Source: an uncultured Gammaproteobacteria bacterium
GTDB taxonomy: Bacteria > Patescibacteriota > Patescibacteriia > VMEV01 > CAYQCH01
NCBI GenBank assembly: GCA_964503955.1
Contig: CAZDCG010000002.1
Coordinates: 77,047-141,046, forward strand
DNA: 64,000 bases
Reading direction: 5' to 3'
Positions 18,936 through 27,748 of the stretch are shown here, piece by piece. Position 1 is the first letter of the stretch; each line of letters opens with the position of its first letter. A model generated the notes under the pieces. That model was given only the letters and a program-made list of their open reading frames with translations. It was not told where the DNA came from and made no database searches. The position numbers and the translations under genes are program-made.

Positions 18936-19951
18936 AACGGTCGGAATTATTTTTTGAATTGCCCCAAGCATTCATTGCGCAGGAGCCGGTAGAACCAAGG
19001 GATCACTGCAAGTTGATGGTGCTCGACCGGCAGGATCAATCAATCCGTCATGATCGTTTTTTTCGACTCGCCGATTATTTGCGCGAAGACGATGTACTGG
19101 TATTCAATCAATCCAAAGTCCTGCCCGCGCGGTTAATCGGGGCGAAAGGAGAAGCAAAACGCGAAGTGCTTTTGCTTAAAGAGGTCGCTTCCGGTGCTTG
19201 GCAGGTTCTGATTAAGGGAAGGGTAGAGATCGGAGATATTGTGGCGTTCCCAGGCGGGCTTGAGGCTGAAATCATTGAAAAGCAGGAAACAACCTTTCTT
19301 GTTCGTTTTAACAAAACAGGCAGCGAATTTTTCCAAACGATCCAGAAAATCGGGCTTGTGCCCACGCCGCCATACATGAAGCAGTTTACGGGCGATCCGA
19401 ATCTCTATCAGACCGTGTATGCTCAAACGTCGGGATCGGCCGCGGCTCCAACCGCCGGACTGCATTTCACTCAGCAGCTGCTTGATGCGCTAAAAGAACA
19501 GGGTGTTCAGCAGGAATTTGTTACGCTTCACGTCGGGCTTGGCACATTCCAGCCGATTAAGACAGAAATTGTTGAAGATCATCCCATTCATTCGGAATAT
19601 TTTGAGGTTGATGCAGGCACAATTGAGCGTTTGCGCACAGCAAAGAAAGAGGGGAGAAGAATTATTGCCGTTGGCACTACATCCGTTCGTGTATTGGAGA
19701 CGGTTTTTGCAAATAGCGCCTGGGCGTATGGCGATACGTCTCGACAAGGCGAAACGGCCATCTTCATCTACCCGGGCTACAAATTCCAAGCCGTTGACGC
19801 GCTGATCACCAATTTCCATACGCCGTATTCAAGCCTGCTCGCGCTTGTCTTTGCCTTTGCCGGCAAGGAATTTATTCTGCAAGCCTATGAAGAAGCGAAA
19901 AAGCAGGATTACCGTTTTTTCTCGTTCGGGGATGCGATGTTGATTTGTTAG
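18932..19951 (+). CDS. queA: S-adenosylmethionine:tRNA ribosyltransferase-isomerase
   Basis: Conserved QueA blocks (TAGLHFT, LHVGLGTF). 4-nt overlap with uppS. Confidence 0.9.
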   Translation: MKRSELFFELPQAFIAQEPVEPRDHCKLMVLDRQDQSIRHDRFFRLADYLREDDVLVFNQSKVLPARLIGAKGEAKREVLLLKEVASGAWQVLIKGRVEIGDIVAFPGGLEAEIIEKQETTFLVRFNKTGSEFFQTIQKIGLVPTPPYMKQFTGDPNLYQTVYAQTSGSAAAPTAGLHFTQQLLDALKEQGVQQEFVTLHVGLGTFQPIKTEIVEDHPIHSEYFEVDAGTIERLRTAKKEGRRIIAVGTTSVRVLETVFANSAWAYGDTSRQGETAIFIYPGYKFQAVDALITNFHTPYSSLLALVFAFAGKEFILQAYEEAKKQDYRFFSFGDAMLIC

Positions 19952-20006
19952 GTGGGGGTTTTTGGGGGGTCGAGTACGAGGTATCCAAGCTGAGGCTTGC
20001 CAAGAC

Positions 20007-20035
20007 TTGACAAAATTTACTTGTAGTGATATAGT
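20007..20035 (+). promoter_or_regulatory. Consensus promoter TTGACA-N17-TATAGT
   Basis: 6/6 -35, 5/6 -10, 17-nt spacer. Confidence 0.55.
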
Positions 20036-20041
20036 GCATTG

Positions 20042-20161
20042 TTCTTTCTCATCTGATCCGCCATCCTGTGTACACTCATATAAGTTAGGCGGAGCCGCAT
20101 CTCCTTACAGGAAAGGGCATGCATTTGCTGAATATGCAATCAGCAGATGCATGCTTTTTTT
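20042..20161 (+). ncRNA. Candidate about 120-nt sRNA or riboswitch-like leader (promoter to intrinsic terminator)
   Basis: Bounded by the promoter above and the terminator below. Interior has crossing helices tccgcc/ggcgga and cctgt/acagg (pseudoknot-capable). Confidence 0.4.
20117..20161 (+). terminator. Strong rho-independent terminator (14-bp stem gcatgcatttgctg / cagcagatgcatgc, then T7)
   Basis: Near-perfect stem followed by seven T. Confidence 0.7.
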
Positions 20162-20250
20162 CTTGCCCGCGATTTGCTTTGAGCTCAGATAATCTGGTCT
20201 CAAAGCAGCTTCACGGCTGTGTTTCTTCAACTTCGAGAAAGGAGAGAGCC

Positions 20251-20816
20251 ATGCGCTCCATGATCGTCGTTCTGTTCTGCTTGCTGATGTTCCTGACGGC
20301 CGGCTGCGCGAGCACCAGCTGCCCGTACGATGGTGTCTACGACCAGACCATCACCTCCAACAAGGAGGAGTACGACTACGCTCCGCTCGGCGCACTCAGC
20401 GCCGACAACGAGATTCCCTGTCACCGCTGGGTTCGGTACCTCAAGGCGTTCGCCAACGGCGGTGCGCTCGAGATCATCCCCAGCGACTACGACCTCAAGC
20501 TGACTACATGCCCTGGGGCGTCGACGAGAACGGCGACTGGGTGGATCTCAAGATGGTCGGCGACAGCGTGATCACCTGGGAGGGGGATCGTAAGCCGGTC
20601 ATGATCAAGCTCCTGGTCATGAAGCCGGGGCTCGAGATGGATCGGCAGCAGTCGCTCTGCGAGGGGCTGGTCTCCCGCGAGAACTTCATCTTCTGGCACC
20701 AGGAGGAACCCTACTACCAGTCCGAGAGCACCATTCGGATGTTCGTCAATGCCGAGGAACTCCTCAGCGGCCTGCCCTGGCACAGGATCAAGCCGGAGCG
20801 CAGGCCGGCAAGCTAG
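20251..20816 (+). pseudogene. High-GC lipoprotein gene (lipobox LTAGC) split by a -1 frameshift near 20508
   Basis: SD gagaaaggagag before ATG. ORFs 20119..20571 and 20508..20816 join if one g is restored in ctg(g)actacatg. Paralog of 23398..24015. Confidence 0.5.
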
Positions 20817-21045
20817 TATCCCGGCCTAGTACCCCATCCGCGCAAGCGATGCACGTCGCGCGCGGATGGGGACTGACATGAAGATTCAAGCACCATTGAG
20901 TGTTCATGCCAGTATTAGTCCTCATCCATTTCAAACCATGATTATCCCGCCTCTGGCGGATTTTTTGATGACAAAATATCTGGACAATAGGTGAATAGCC
21001 TGTTAGAAAAAAGCATCCTTCAACGCTGAAAAAAGGAGAGTGAAG

Positions 21046-21531
21046 GTGCGGAATCTGCTCCTTATTTGCGTATTGCCGCTTGTCTCCGGCTGTTTCCTTC
21101 AGTCACGGCCCGCCACGGAATATGCCATCGGGCTTGAACGGGCTATCGATCCCGTGAAGCTGCTCCACCGGCGGGATACGGTCGATCTAAAAGATGAGTA
21201 CCTCGTCATCCTCACGGCGACGGGGGTGCCGCATCTGATCGAGATTCATCTGGCTGCTCTTGAAGAGCCGTTGCGCTGGATGCATGTGCCCAACCGCCGC
21301 ATCGAGAACTTGCGCTGGGTGGCGGCGATCAGTCAGGAGCAGCTGGATGCATTGGGCGGCGAGGCATTGGTTTCCGTGCAGGTGATTCCCACGCTCGCCA
21401 CCAGGCAGGAGATGTCCTACTTGTACATCAATGGCCGCCAGGCTGTTGGCATTCGTTTGCGGCAGGATCGTTCATTCCGCGAGCAGATTCAAGCGCTCAA
21501 GCAGAGAAACCTGCAGACAGCATCGCGGTAA
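21046..21531 (+). CDS. Lipoprotein (lipobox LVSGC), hypothetical
   Basis: SD aaggaga plus GTG start. Signal peptide and Cys. Confidence 0.5.
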   Translation: MRNLLLICVLPLVSGCFLQSRPATEYAIGLERAIDPVKLLHRRDTVDLKDEYLVILTATGVPHLIEIHLAALEEPLRWMHVPNRRIENLRWVAAISQEQLDALGGEALVSVQVIPTLATRQEMSYLYINGRQAVGIRLRQDRSFREQIQALKQRNLQTASR

Positions 21532-21598
21532 ACGATGCGGTTCAAAAAACAAAGCCCCCGAACAGCGGCAACGTGATCGGGGGCTTTAGCGTAGAATG

Positions 21599-21796
21599 CT
21601 AAATGGTTGTTTCTTCATCCGCATCATCCGGTTCCATGAATTGGTGGCTCATACCGTCGGGGCAGTCGCAGGCATGCAGAGGCTTGCCATGGTCCGGGCA
21701 GTTTGGATCCTGGCAGGTGCCGGGTTCAGAGGAAACGCCTTCGCATCCACCGTAGCAGACATAGTGCATATGGTTTTGGTGAGTGATTATGGTCAT
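21599..21796 (-). CDS. Small Cys/His-rich acidic protein (65 aa, 8 Cys), putative metal-binding
   Basis: CYGGCEGVSSEPGTCQDPNCPDHGKPLHACDCPDG. TATAAT immediately upstream. Confidence 0.45.
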   Translation of the reverse strand: MTIITHQNHMHYVCYGGCEGVSSEPGTCQDPNCPDHGKPLHACDCPDGMSHQFMEPDDADEETTI

Positions 21797-21853
21797 TGGT
21801 GATTATACAATCACAGACTGATTAGACCAATAGACTCGATAGATCAGATTTTT

Positions 21854-21883
21854 CAGACGCACAGACTTTTCAGACGCACAGAC
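21854..21883. repeat. Two direct copies of cagacgcacagac (GTCTG-pentamer family)
   Basis: 17-nt period. Lies upstream of the Cys-rich gene. Confidence 0.5.
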
Positions 21884-21902
21884 AGTAATTATTCGGGGTT
21901 TT

Positions 21903-22250
21903 TTACCTTTTTAAGATACTGCAGAAAATAAGAAATAGCTCTTGCGCTTCCATTTGAAGAGGAAGAAATTGTTCTTGAGCTGATTTGTTTGCGGATGATA
22001 CAAGTCTGATCCAATATTGAGATTCTCGCGACTCCTTTCGGCAAATTTTTATTCTGTAAATAAAATCGGCTTTGCTTAGTGATTCGTTTGCTTCGATATA
22101 ATTTGCGCCGATGGATCCAGCTGCTCTTAAAAGCTGGTCAACAAGTACTTTGTTGACGGAATTAAACGGCAATGCAGAGCATAATCGTATCACCTGCAAG
22201 GCAAATTTTTCCGTCCGCTTTTCTAATAATTTGTTTTTTTCTCTAGACAT
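21903..22250 (-). CDS. Four-helix-bundle protein (TIGR02436, 23S rRNA intervening-sequence protein family)
   Basis: GANYIEANESLSKADFIYRIKICRKESRESQYW pattern. Start at MSREK placed just after a T-run. Confidence 0.6.
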   Translation of the reverse strand: MSREKNKLLEKRTEKFALQVIRLCSALPFNSVNKVLVDQLLRAAGSIGANYIEANESLSKADFIYRIKICRKESRESQYWIRLVSSANKSAQEQFLPLQMEAQELFLIFCSILKR

Positions 22251-22345
22251 AAAAAAGCCCCAACGAGGTGTGGGACTTTTTTTCATTTTATCATGTTCTT
22301 CCCGCTTTGTCTGTGCGTCTAAAAATCTGAGAAGTCTGTGAGTTT

Positions 22346-22546
22346 TTATGCCTTCATCTTCTCCGCCTCTCGCTTGAGGGTCTTGAGACAGCGGGTGCAG
22401 ACTTTGATCTTGCCTCCGCCAAAGCGAAGGGTCTGCAAATTCGGATACTTGCGCTGTTTGCTGGTCGGATTGAGGTTGCCGCGGAGGAGTTTGCGAGGTG
22501 TTACGATCATTGAACCTTTTCCGCAGAGTTCACACATTCTTGACAT
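22346..22546 (-). CDS. rpmB: Ribosomal protein L28
   Basis: MSRMCELCGK ... PNLQ ... VCTRCLK motifs. Confidence 0.85.
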   Translation of the reverse strand: MSRMCELCGKGSMIVTPRKLLRGNLNPTSKQRKYPNLQTLRFGGGKIKVCTRCLKTLKREAEKMKA

Positions 22547-22569
22547 ATCGTCTGGTGATCAATAAATCA

Positions 22570-22607
22570 AAGATCAATGACCCATTGCCTTTTTTGAATC
22601 ATTGATC
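22570..22607. promoter_or_regulatory. Perfect 10-bp inverted repeat agatcaatga / tcattgatct (18-nt spacer) in the rpmB leader/promoter region
   Basis: Seen in sequence. Additional IRs ctcaattg/caattgag nearby. Confidence 0.4.
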
Positions 22608-22631
22608 TCTGGCTCAATTGCGGACCAATCA

Positions 22632-22660
22632 ATTGATCATCAACGATTGAGCTGCTATAA
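22632..22660 (+). promoter_or_regulatory. Promoter TTGATC-N17-TATAAT (TGn extended) for the M50 protease gene
   Basis: Seen in sequence, 44 nt upstream of ATG. Confidence 0.5.
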
Positions 22661-22703
22661 TTTAGCAACTTAACCCTATTGTTGTCAAGAAGAGGGCTAT
22701 TCT

Positions 22704-23342
22704 ATGCTTTTTTATTTGTTGCAAAATCCCGTTTTGATTCTCCCGGTCTTAGCTGCGATCATCATCGCTTTTACTGTTCATGAGTTTTCCCATGCTTTGG
22801 CGGCGGAGTGGCTAGGGGATTCAACGCCAAAATCTCTTGGGCGGCTTACGCTCAATCCTATGTCTCATATCCATGGACTGGGGTTTATGCTACTCCTTGT
22901 GGCCGGATTTGGCTGGGGCAAGCCCGTTCCATTCAATGAACGCAATCTGAAAAATCCGAAGTGGGGTGCGGCCGTCATCGGTCTTGCTGGTCCATTTTCC
23001 AATCTGGTGATGATGCTGCTTGGCATCGGGGTGCTGGCTTTGATGACTTCTCAAGGCATTTTGCCGCCCAATTCCTTATTGACCATCTTTCTCACCTTTC
23101 TGATCCAGTTCAATCTGGTATTGATGCTGTTCAACCTCTTGCCGATCCCTCCGCTTGACGGGTCAAAGCTCCTATTGGCGCTGATTCCCAATAAATACGA
23201 GCAATTCCGGCAAAATCTCATGATCAATGGGCCGACGATTTTGCTCATGCTGGTTTTAGCCGATTTCGTCCTGCCGATCTCCATTTTCGGCACGTTGTTT
23301 TCTTTTTTCCTGCGGGGGATAGAGCGGCTCTTTATTCTCTGA
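22704..23342 (+). CDS. Membrane zinc metalloprotease, peptidase M50 (site-2 protease) family
   Basis: HEFSH (HExxH) inside a TM helix. Polytopic. Confidence 0.7.
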   Translation: MLFYLLQNPVLILPVLAAIIIAFTVHEFSHALAAEWLGDSTPKSLGRLTLNPMSHIHGLGFMLLLVAGFGWGKPVPFNERNLKNPKWGAAVIGLAGPFSNLVMMLLGIGVLALMTSQGILPPNSLLTIFLTFLIQFNLVLMLFNLLPIPPLDGSKLLLALIPNKYEQFRQNLMINGPTILLMLVLADFVLPISIFGTLFSFFLRGIERLFIL

Positions 23343-23397
23343 GAAGCTTGGAAAGCATTCACCCCCCGTCAAAGTCTCCTCTAACGGGGGGCGTTTG

Positions 23398-24015
23398 CTA
23401 GTTGGTGGCCTCGACAAGGATCCCCATGGCGGCGGGGCCGTTGTCGCGGCCTTCCTCTTCCGTGTTGTCGGAGCTGAAGGTCTCGCTGCGGCGGCGGAAG
23501 AACTCGCGGATGAACTCGATCGGTCCCTTGGACGTGTCCTGCTGCTTGCGCAGCTCCTCGCGATCGACCCACTTCCAGGTCCCGTCGGGTTCCTTGTGGT
23601 AGACCGTCCAGCCGATCTTGTCGGCCGGGAACGGATCGTACTGCGACTGAAGCAGGATGTCGTGCGGGAAGGAGTAGATCTGGATCATCTCCGCGTTCGG
23701 TCCGGCGAAGGGCTGCTGCTTGGTCAGGTACCAGACCAGGATGTCGTGCTTCCCGGCCGGCTGGAACGAGGGGAGCTTGAGGTTCTCGTCGTACCCCTTA
23801 AAGCGGGCCAGGGCTTCCAGGGGGTGCGACTCCGTCTCCAGCTTCCTGCCCGGCGGCAGGTAGGGGATGTCCTCGAGCTCGCGCTCGGTCAGCAGGTTGG
23901 ACGCGACCAGCTTCCGGTCGTCGGGCCAGGGCCAGCGAAGCTGATCCCTGGTATAGCCGGGGCTACTGCACCCGGCAAGCAAGGCCAAGAACGCAAGGGC
24001 CACATATCGCCGCAT
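23398..24015 (-). CDS. High-GC lipoprotein (lipobox LLAGC), paralog of 20251..20816
   Basis: SD aaggagg 6 nt before internal ATG (MRRYVALAF). Shared motifs with the paralog (YD..L, W..YL, DG.W.WVD). Confidence 0.55.
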   Translation of the reverse strand: MRRYVALAFLALLAGCSSPGYTRDQLRWPWPDDRKLVASNLLTERELEDIPYLPPGRKLETESHPLEALARFKGYDENLKLPSFQPAGKHDILVWYLTKQQPFAGPNAEMIQIYSFPHDILLQSQYDPFPADKIGWTVYHKEPDGTWKWVDREELRKQQDTSKGPIEFIREFFRRRSETFSSDNTEEEGRDNGPAAMGILVEATN

Positions 24016-24139
24016 TGATACCTCCTTGTTGCGGATCAATCAGTATGGTCGTCTCCGGTAGGGGAATCAACCATGAAGGACGCAAAATATGACGATAAAA
24101 CCGATGTGCGAACTGATTGAAAAAGGATTCTACCTTGAA

Positions 24140-24168
24140 ATTGACGGTTTTAGGAAGACATGGTATGA
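24140..24168 (+). promoter_or_regulatory. Promoter TTGACG-N17-TATGAT about 230 nt upstream of rpsL
   Basis: Seen in sequence. Confidence 0.5.
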
Positions 24169-24274
24169 TCGACACGCAATAAATACTTGGCTTTTTCCAA
24201 AGTAACCCCGAAAAGGGGTGAACGGCCTCGGACGGGGGGAAATGGAAATACGGGTATTTACTCAAAAAGTGTTG

Positions 24275-24310
24275 AAAAAAATCGTCTTTTTTAAGACCGA
24301 TTTTTCTTTT
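24275..24310 (+). terminator. Terminator-like hairpin (aaaaatcgtc-ttttttaa-gaccgattttt) with T-tract, inside the rpsL leader. A second perfect hairpin tggccttt-ggtc-aaaggcca lies at about 24340-24360.
   Basis: Seen in sequence. Confidence 0.4.
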
Positions 24311-24398
24311 ATTCATAAGCTTTGCGTATTTGACAATTGACTATTTGGCAGTTGGCCTTTGGTCAAAGGCCAGGCGTCAATCGTCAAATGCAACCACT

Positions 24399-24818
24399 AT
24401 GCCAACCATCAATCAATTGGTGCGAAAGCCTAGAACGATCACAAAAAAGAAGGCGAAAGGGCCAGCTCTTTTGGTGACGCTGGATTCTTTGCACCGACGC
24501 AAGAAACTCATGCGTACCGGCAACCCGTTCAAACGAGGCGTCTGTACAAAGGTAACCACAACCACTCCGAAGAAACCGAACTCTGCGCTTCGAAAGATTG
24601 CCCGTGTTCGTCTTTCAAATGGAATGGAAGTCACAGCTTATATCCCGGGTGAAGGACATAATTTACAGGAGCACTCAATCGTCATGATTCGAGGCGGTCG
24701 TGTAAAGGATCTTCCGGGTGTGCGATATCACATTGTCCGCGGTGTTTACGATACGCAAGGTATCGAAGGTCGAAAGCAGCGCCGCTCGCTCTACGGTTCA
24801 CGAAAGCCGAAAGCGTAA
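24399..24818 (+). CDS. rpsL: Ribosomal protein S12 (with about 20-aa internal insertion)
   Basis: [21 protein letters not shown] and [14 protein letters not shown] blocks. Confidence 0.92.
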   Translation: MPTINQLVRKPRTITKKKAKGPALLVTLDSLHRRKKLMRTGNPFKRGVCTKVTTTTPKKPNSALRKIARVRLSNGMEVTAYIPGEGHNLQEHSIVMIRGGRVKDLPGVRYHIVRGVYDTQGIEGRKQRRSLYGSRKPKA

Positions 24819-24881
24819 ATTAATCATGCCGTGGGCGGGGAGGGCTTTTACAGCCTGATCCTCCGGCCTGCGACCTAAGAT

Positions 24882-25349
24882 ATGCGTGGAAAACGAGCAC
24901 CAAAACGACCAATTGCACCTGATCCGCTCTACAACAATGTCCAGGTGGCAAAATTCGTTAACTATGTCATGCGCCGAGGAAAGAAGTCGGTTGCGCAGCG
25001 CATTGTCTACGATGCATTTAAAATCGTGGAAGAAAAAAGCAAGAAAAATCCCCTTGAAGTGTTTGAACTTGCCATGAAAAATGTGGCGCCAACGCTTGAA
25101 GTCAAAGGCCGACGTATCGGCGGCGCGAACTACCAGATCCCAATCCAGGTAAAAGCGGAACGCCGTTTTGTTCTGGCTTCCCGATGGATTATCGAGGCGG
25201 CAAAAACGCGAAAAGGACGCCCAATGTCAGAAAAACTCGCTCAGGAATTTTTGGATGCGGCTAAGAAAGAAGGAAGCGCGATGAAGAAACGCGAAAACGT
25301 GCAGAAGATGGCTGAGGCGAACCGTGCGTTTGCTCATTTCGCTCGTTAA
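24882..25349 (+). CDS. rpsG: Ribosomal protein S7
   Basis: Full-length S7 similarity. Confidence 0.92.
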   Translation: MRGKRAPKRPIAPDPLYNNVQVAKFVNYVMRRGKKSVAQRIVYDAFKIVEEKSKKNPLEVFELAMKNVAPTLEVKGRRIGGANYQIPIQVKAERRFVLASRWIIEAAKTRKGRPMSEKLAQEFLDAAKKEGSAMKKRENVQKMAEANRAFAHFAR

Positions 25350-25556
25350 AAATCATTGGTCTTTTGGCGAGCTGCTGCGTCAGAGCTTGCGATGCTCCTT
25401 CTGCGTACAAGCCGTACGCATCAGTCCGCTTCTCAGCTCTTCCTTGCATCTCATCCAAAATCCCGAATGATGTAAGCGTACTTGAAACAAACACTATCAT
25501 TATTGAACAGGGGTGAATCCATCGTTTACCGTCAAGCCCCTAACAACGCATCATTT

Positions 25557-27671
25557 ATGGCTAGACAGAACAAACTTGAAGATGTTCGCAATATCGGAAT
25601 TATTGCGCATATCGACGCAGGAAAAACCACCACCAGCGAACGTATTCTGTTCTACACCGGAAAAAATTACAAAATCGGTGAAGTGCATGAAGGTGAAGCG
25701 ACCATGGACTGGATGGAGCAGGAACAGGAACGTGGAATTACCATCACGGCTGCCGCAACCACCTGTTTTTGGAATGACAAACAGATCAACATCATCGATA
25801 CTCCCGGCCACGTGGACTTCACGGTGGAAGTAGAACGAAGTCTTCGCGTGCTCGACGGCGGTGTGGTCGTTTTCGACGGCGTGGCCGGCGTGGAGCCGCA
25901 GTCAGAAACGGTATGGCGCCAGGCAGATAAATATGAAGTACCCCGCATCTGTTTCATCAATAAGCTTGATCGCACCGGTGCCGACTTTTACGCGGACGTT
26001 GATTCCATTCACAACCGTTTGACAAAGAGCGCGTATCCAATCCAGCTGCCTATTGGTGCTGAGGACAAGTTTGAGGGCATCATCGACCTGATCAAAATGA
26101 AAGCCTATCTGTACCGCGATGATCTTGGAAAACAGATTGATGAAGTAGATGTTCCTGAAGACATGAAGGCAAAGGCCGAAGAATACCGCGCCAAGCTGAT
26201 TGAAGCGGTTGTTGAAACAGACGAAGCTTTGATGAACAAGTATTTTGATGGCCAGGAACTTAGCGTGGAAGAAATCAAAGGAGCATTGCGCAAAGCAGTT
26301 GTGTCAAACCAGGTTCGTCCGATTCTCTGCGGAACGGCTCTCAAGAACAAGGGCGTGCAAAAACTTCTTGATGCGGTTGTTGATTATCTGCCGTCTCCAT
26401 TGGATGTGCCTGCCGTAAAGGGAACGAACCCAGATAAACCGGAAGAAGAAATTACCCGCAAACCGGATGATGCCGAGCCTTTGACTGCTCTGGCGTTTAA
26501 AGTCGCGACCGATCCATTCGTTGGAAAACTATGTTTCATTCGCGTATACGCGGGTACGCTCAAGGCCGGTTCCTATATTCTCAATGCAAATACGGGAAAG
26601 AAAGAACGCATCGGCCGACTTGTCCGTCTGCATGCAAATAGCCGTGAAGAAGTGGAGGAGATTCCAGCAGGGGACATTGCCGCGGCAGTAGGACTCAAAG
26701 ATACAGTGACCGGGCATACGCTTTGTGATCCGGAACACCCTGTCATGCTTGAACAAATTATTTTCCCTGAACCGGTTATCCAGCTCGCGATTGAACCGAA
26801 ATCCAAGGCCGATCAGGAAAAACTCGGCATGGCCTTGCAAAAGCTTGCTGAAGAAGATCCAACCTTCCGCGTCCGCTCTGATGAAGAAACAGGACAGACG
26901 ATTATCGCCGGTATGGGTGAATTGCACTTGGATATTATCGTTGACCGCATGAAGCGCGAATTCAAGGTTGAGGCCAATATCGGCGCGCCGCAGGTAGCCT
27001 ATCGTGAAACAATCCGCGGTGAAGCGGAAGCAGAAGGCAAATACATCAAGCAGTCCGGTGGACGCGGTCAATACGGCCATTGCTGGCTGCGCGTCAAGCC
27101 GCAGGAAGCTGAAGCGCAGGCTGAAGAGATTGCGAAAGGAGAAGACAAAGACGAACTCCTTTTCCATGATGAGATCAAAGGCGGCGTTATTCCAAAAGAA
27201 TTCATCAATCCGATCGAAAAAGGTGTCCGCGAAGCAATGGCCCGCGGCGTTATTGCCGGTTATCAGCTGGTAAATGTGGATGTCACTGTGTACGACGGTT
27301 CCTACCATGATGTCGACTCATCTGAAATCGCCTTCAAGATGGCCGGTTCCATGGCATTCGTTGAAGCTGCTAAAAAGGCGAAACCGGTTTTGCTTGAGCC
27401 AGTGATGAAACTTGAAATCACCACTCCGGAGGAATTCATGGGCGATGTCATCGGCGACTTGAATTCACGTCGCGGCCAGGTTGAAGAAATGCGCGACCGC
27501 CACGGAGTGAAAGTAATCACGGGGAAAGCGCCATTGTCAGAAATGTTCGGCTATGCGACGGATTTGCGCTCTATTAGCCAAGGCCGAGCGAGCTACAGCA
27601 TGGAATTCAACGACTATGCCGAGGTGCCAAGCAATGTTCGTGATAAAATAGTAGGGGAGAGATCCAAATAG
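25557..27671 (+). CDS. fusA: Elongation factor G
   Basis: [22 protein letters not shown] GTPase motifs. Domains II-V. Confidence 0.92.
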   Translation: MARQNKLEDVRNIGIIAHIDAGKTTTSERILFYTGKNYKIGEVHEGEATMDWMEQEQERGITITAAATTCFWNDKQINIIDTPGHVDFTVEVERSLRVLDGGVVVFDGVAGVEPQSETVWRQADKYEVPRICFINKLDRTGADFYADVDSIHNRLTKSAYPIQLPIGAEDKFEGIIDLIKMKAYLYRDDLGKQIDEVDVPEDMKAKAEEYRAKLIEAVVETDEALMNKYFDGQELSVEEIKGALRKAVVSNQVRPILCGTALKNKGVQKLLDAVVDYLPSPLDVPAVKGTNPDKPEEEITRKPDDAEPLTALAFKVATDPFVGKLCFIRVYAGTLKAGSYILNANTGKKERIGRLVRLHANSREEVEEIPAGDIAAAVGLKDTVTGHTLCDPEHPVMLEQIIFPEPVIQLAIEPKSKADQEKLGMALQKLAEEDPTFRVRSDEETGQTIIAGMGELHLDIIVDRMKREFKVEANIGAPQVAYRETIRGEAEAEGKYIKQSGGRGQYGHCWLRVKPQEAEAQAEEIAKGEDKDELLFHDEIKGGVIPKEFINPIEKGVREAMARGVIAGYQLVNVDVTVYDGSYHDVDSSEIAFKMAGSMAFVEAAKKAKPVLLEPVMKLEITTPEEFMGDVIGDLNSRRGQVEEMRDRHGVKVITGKAPLSEMFGYATDLRSISQGRASYSMEFNDYAEVPSNVRDKIVGERSK

Positions 27672-27748
27672 CTCTTTGTGAGGGAACAATTGGTTTCGAG
27701 GGTGCCTTGTTCCAAGGTACATTTCGCTAATCGATTAAATACAAACGT

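Noticed and set aside
25350-25556. 207-nt rpsG-fusA gap as a separate promoter or ncRNA
   Set aside because: Only a short gcgtac-aagcc-gtacgc hairpin and no convincing -35/-10 pair. Left as an unexplained but unremarkable spacer.
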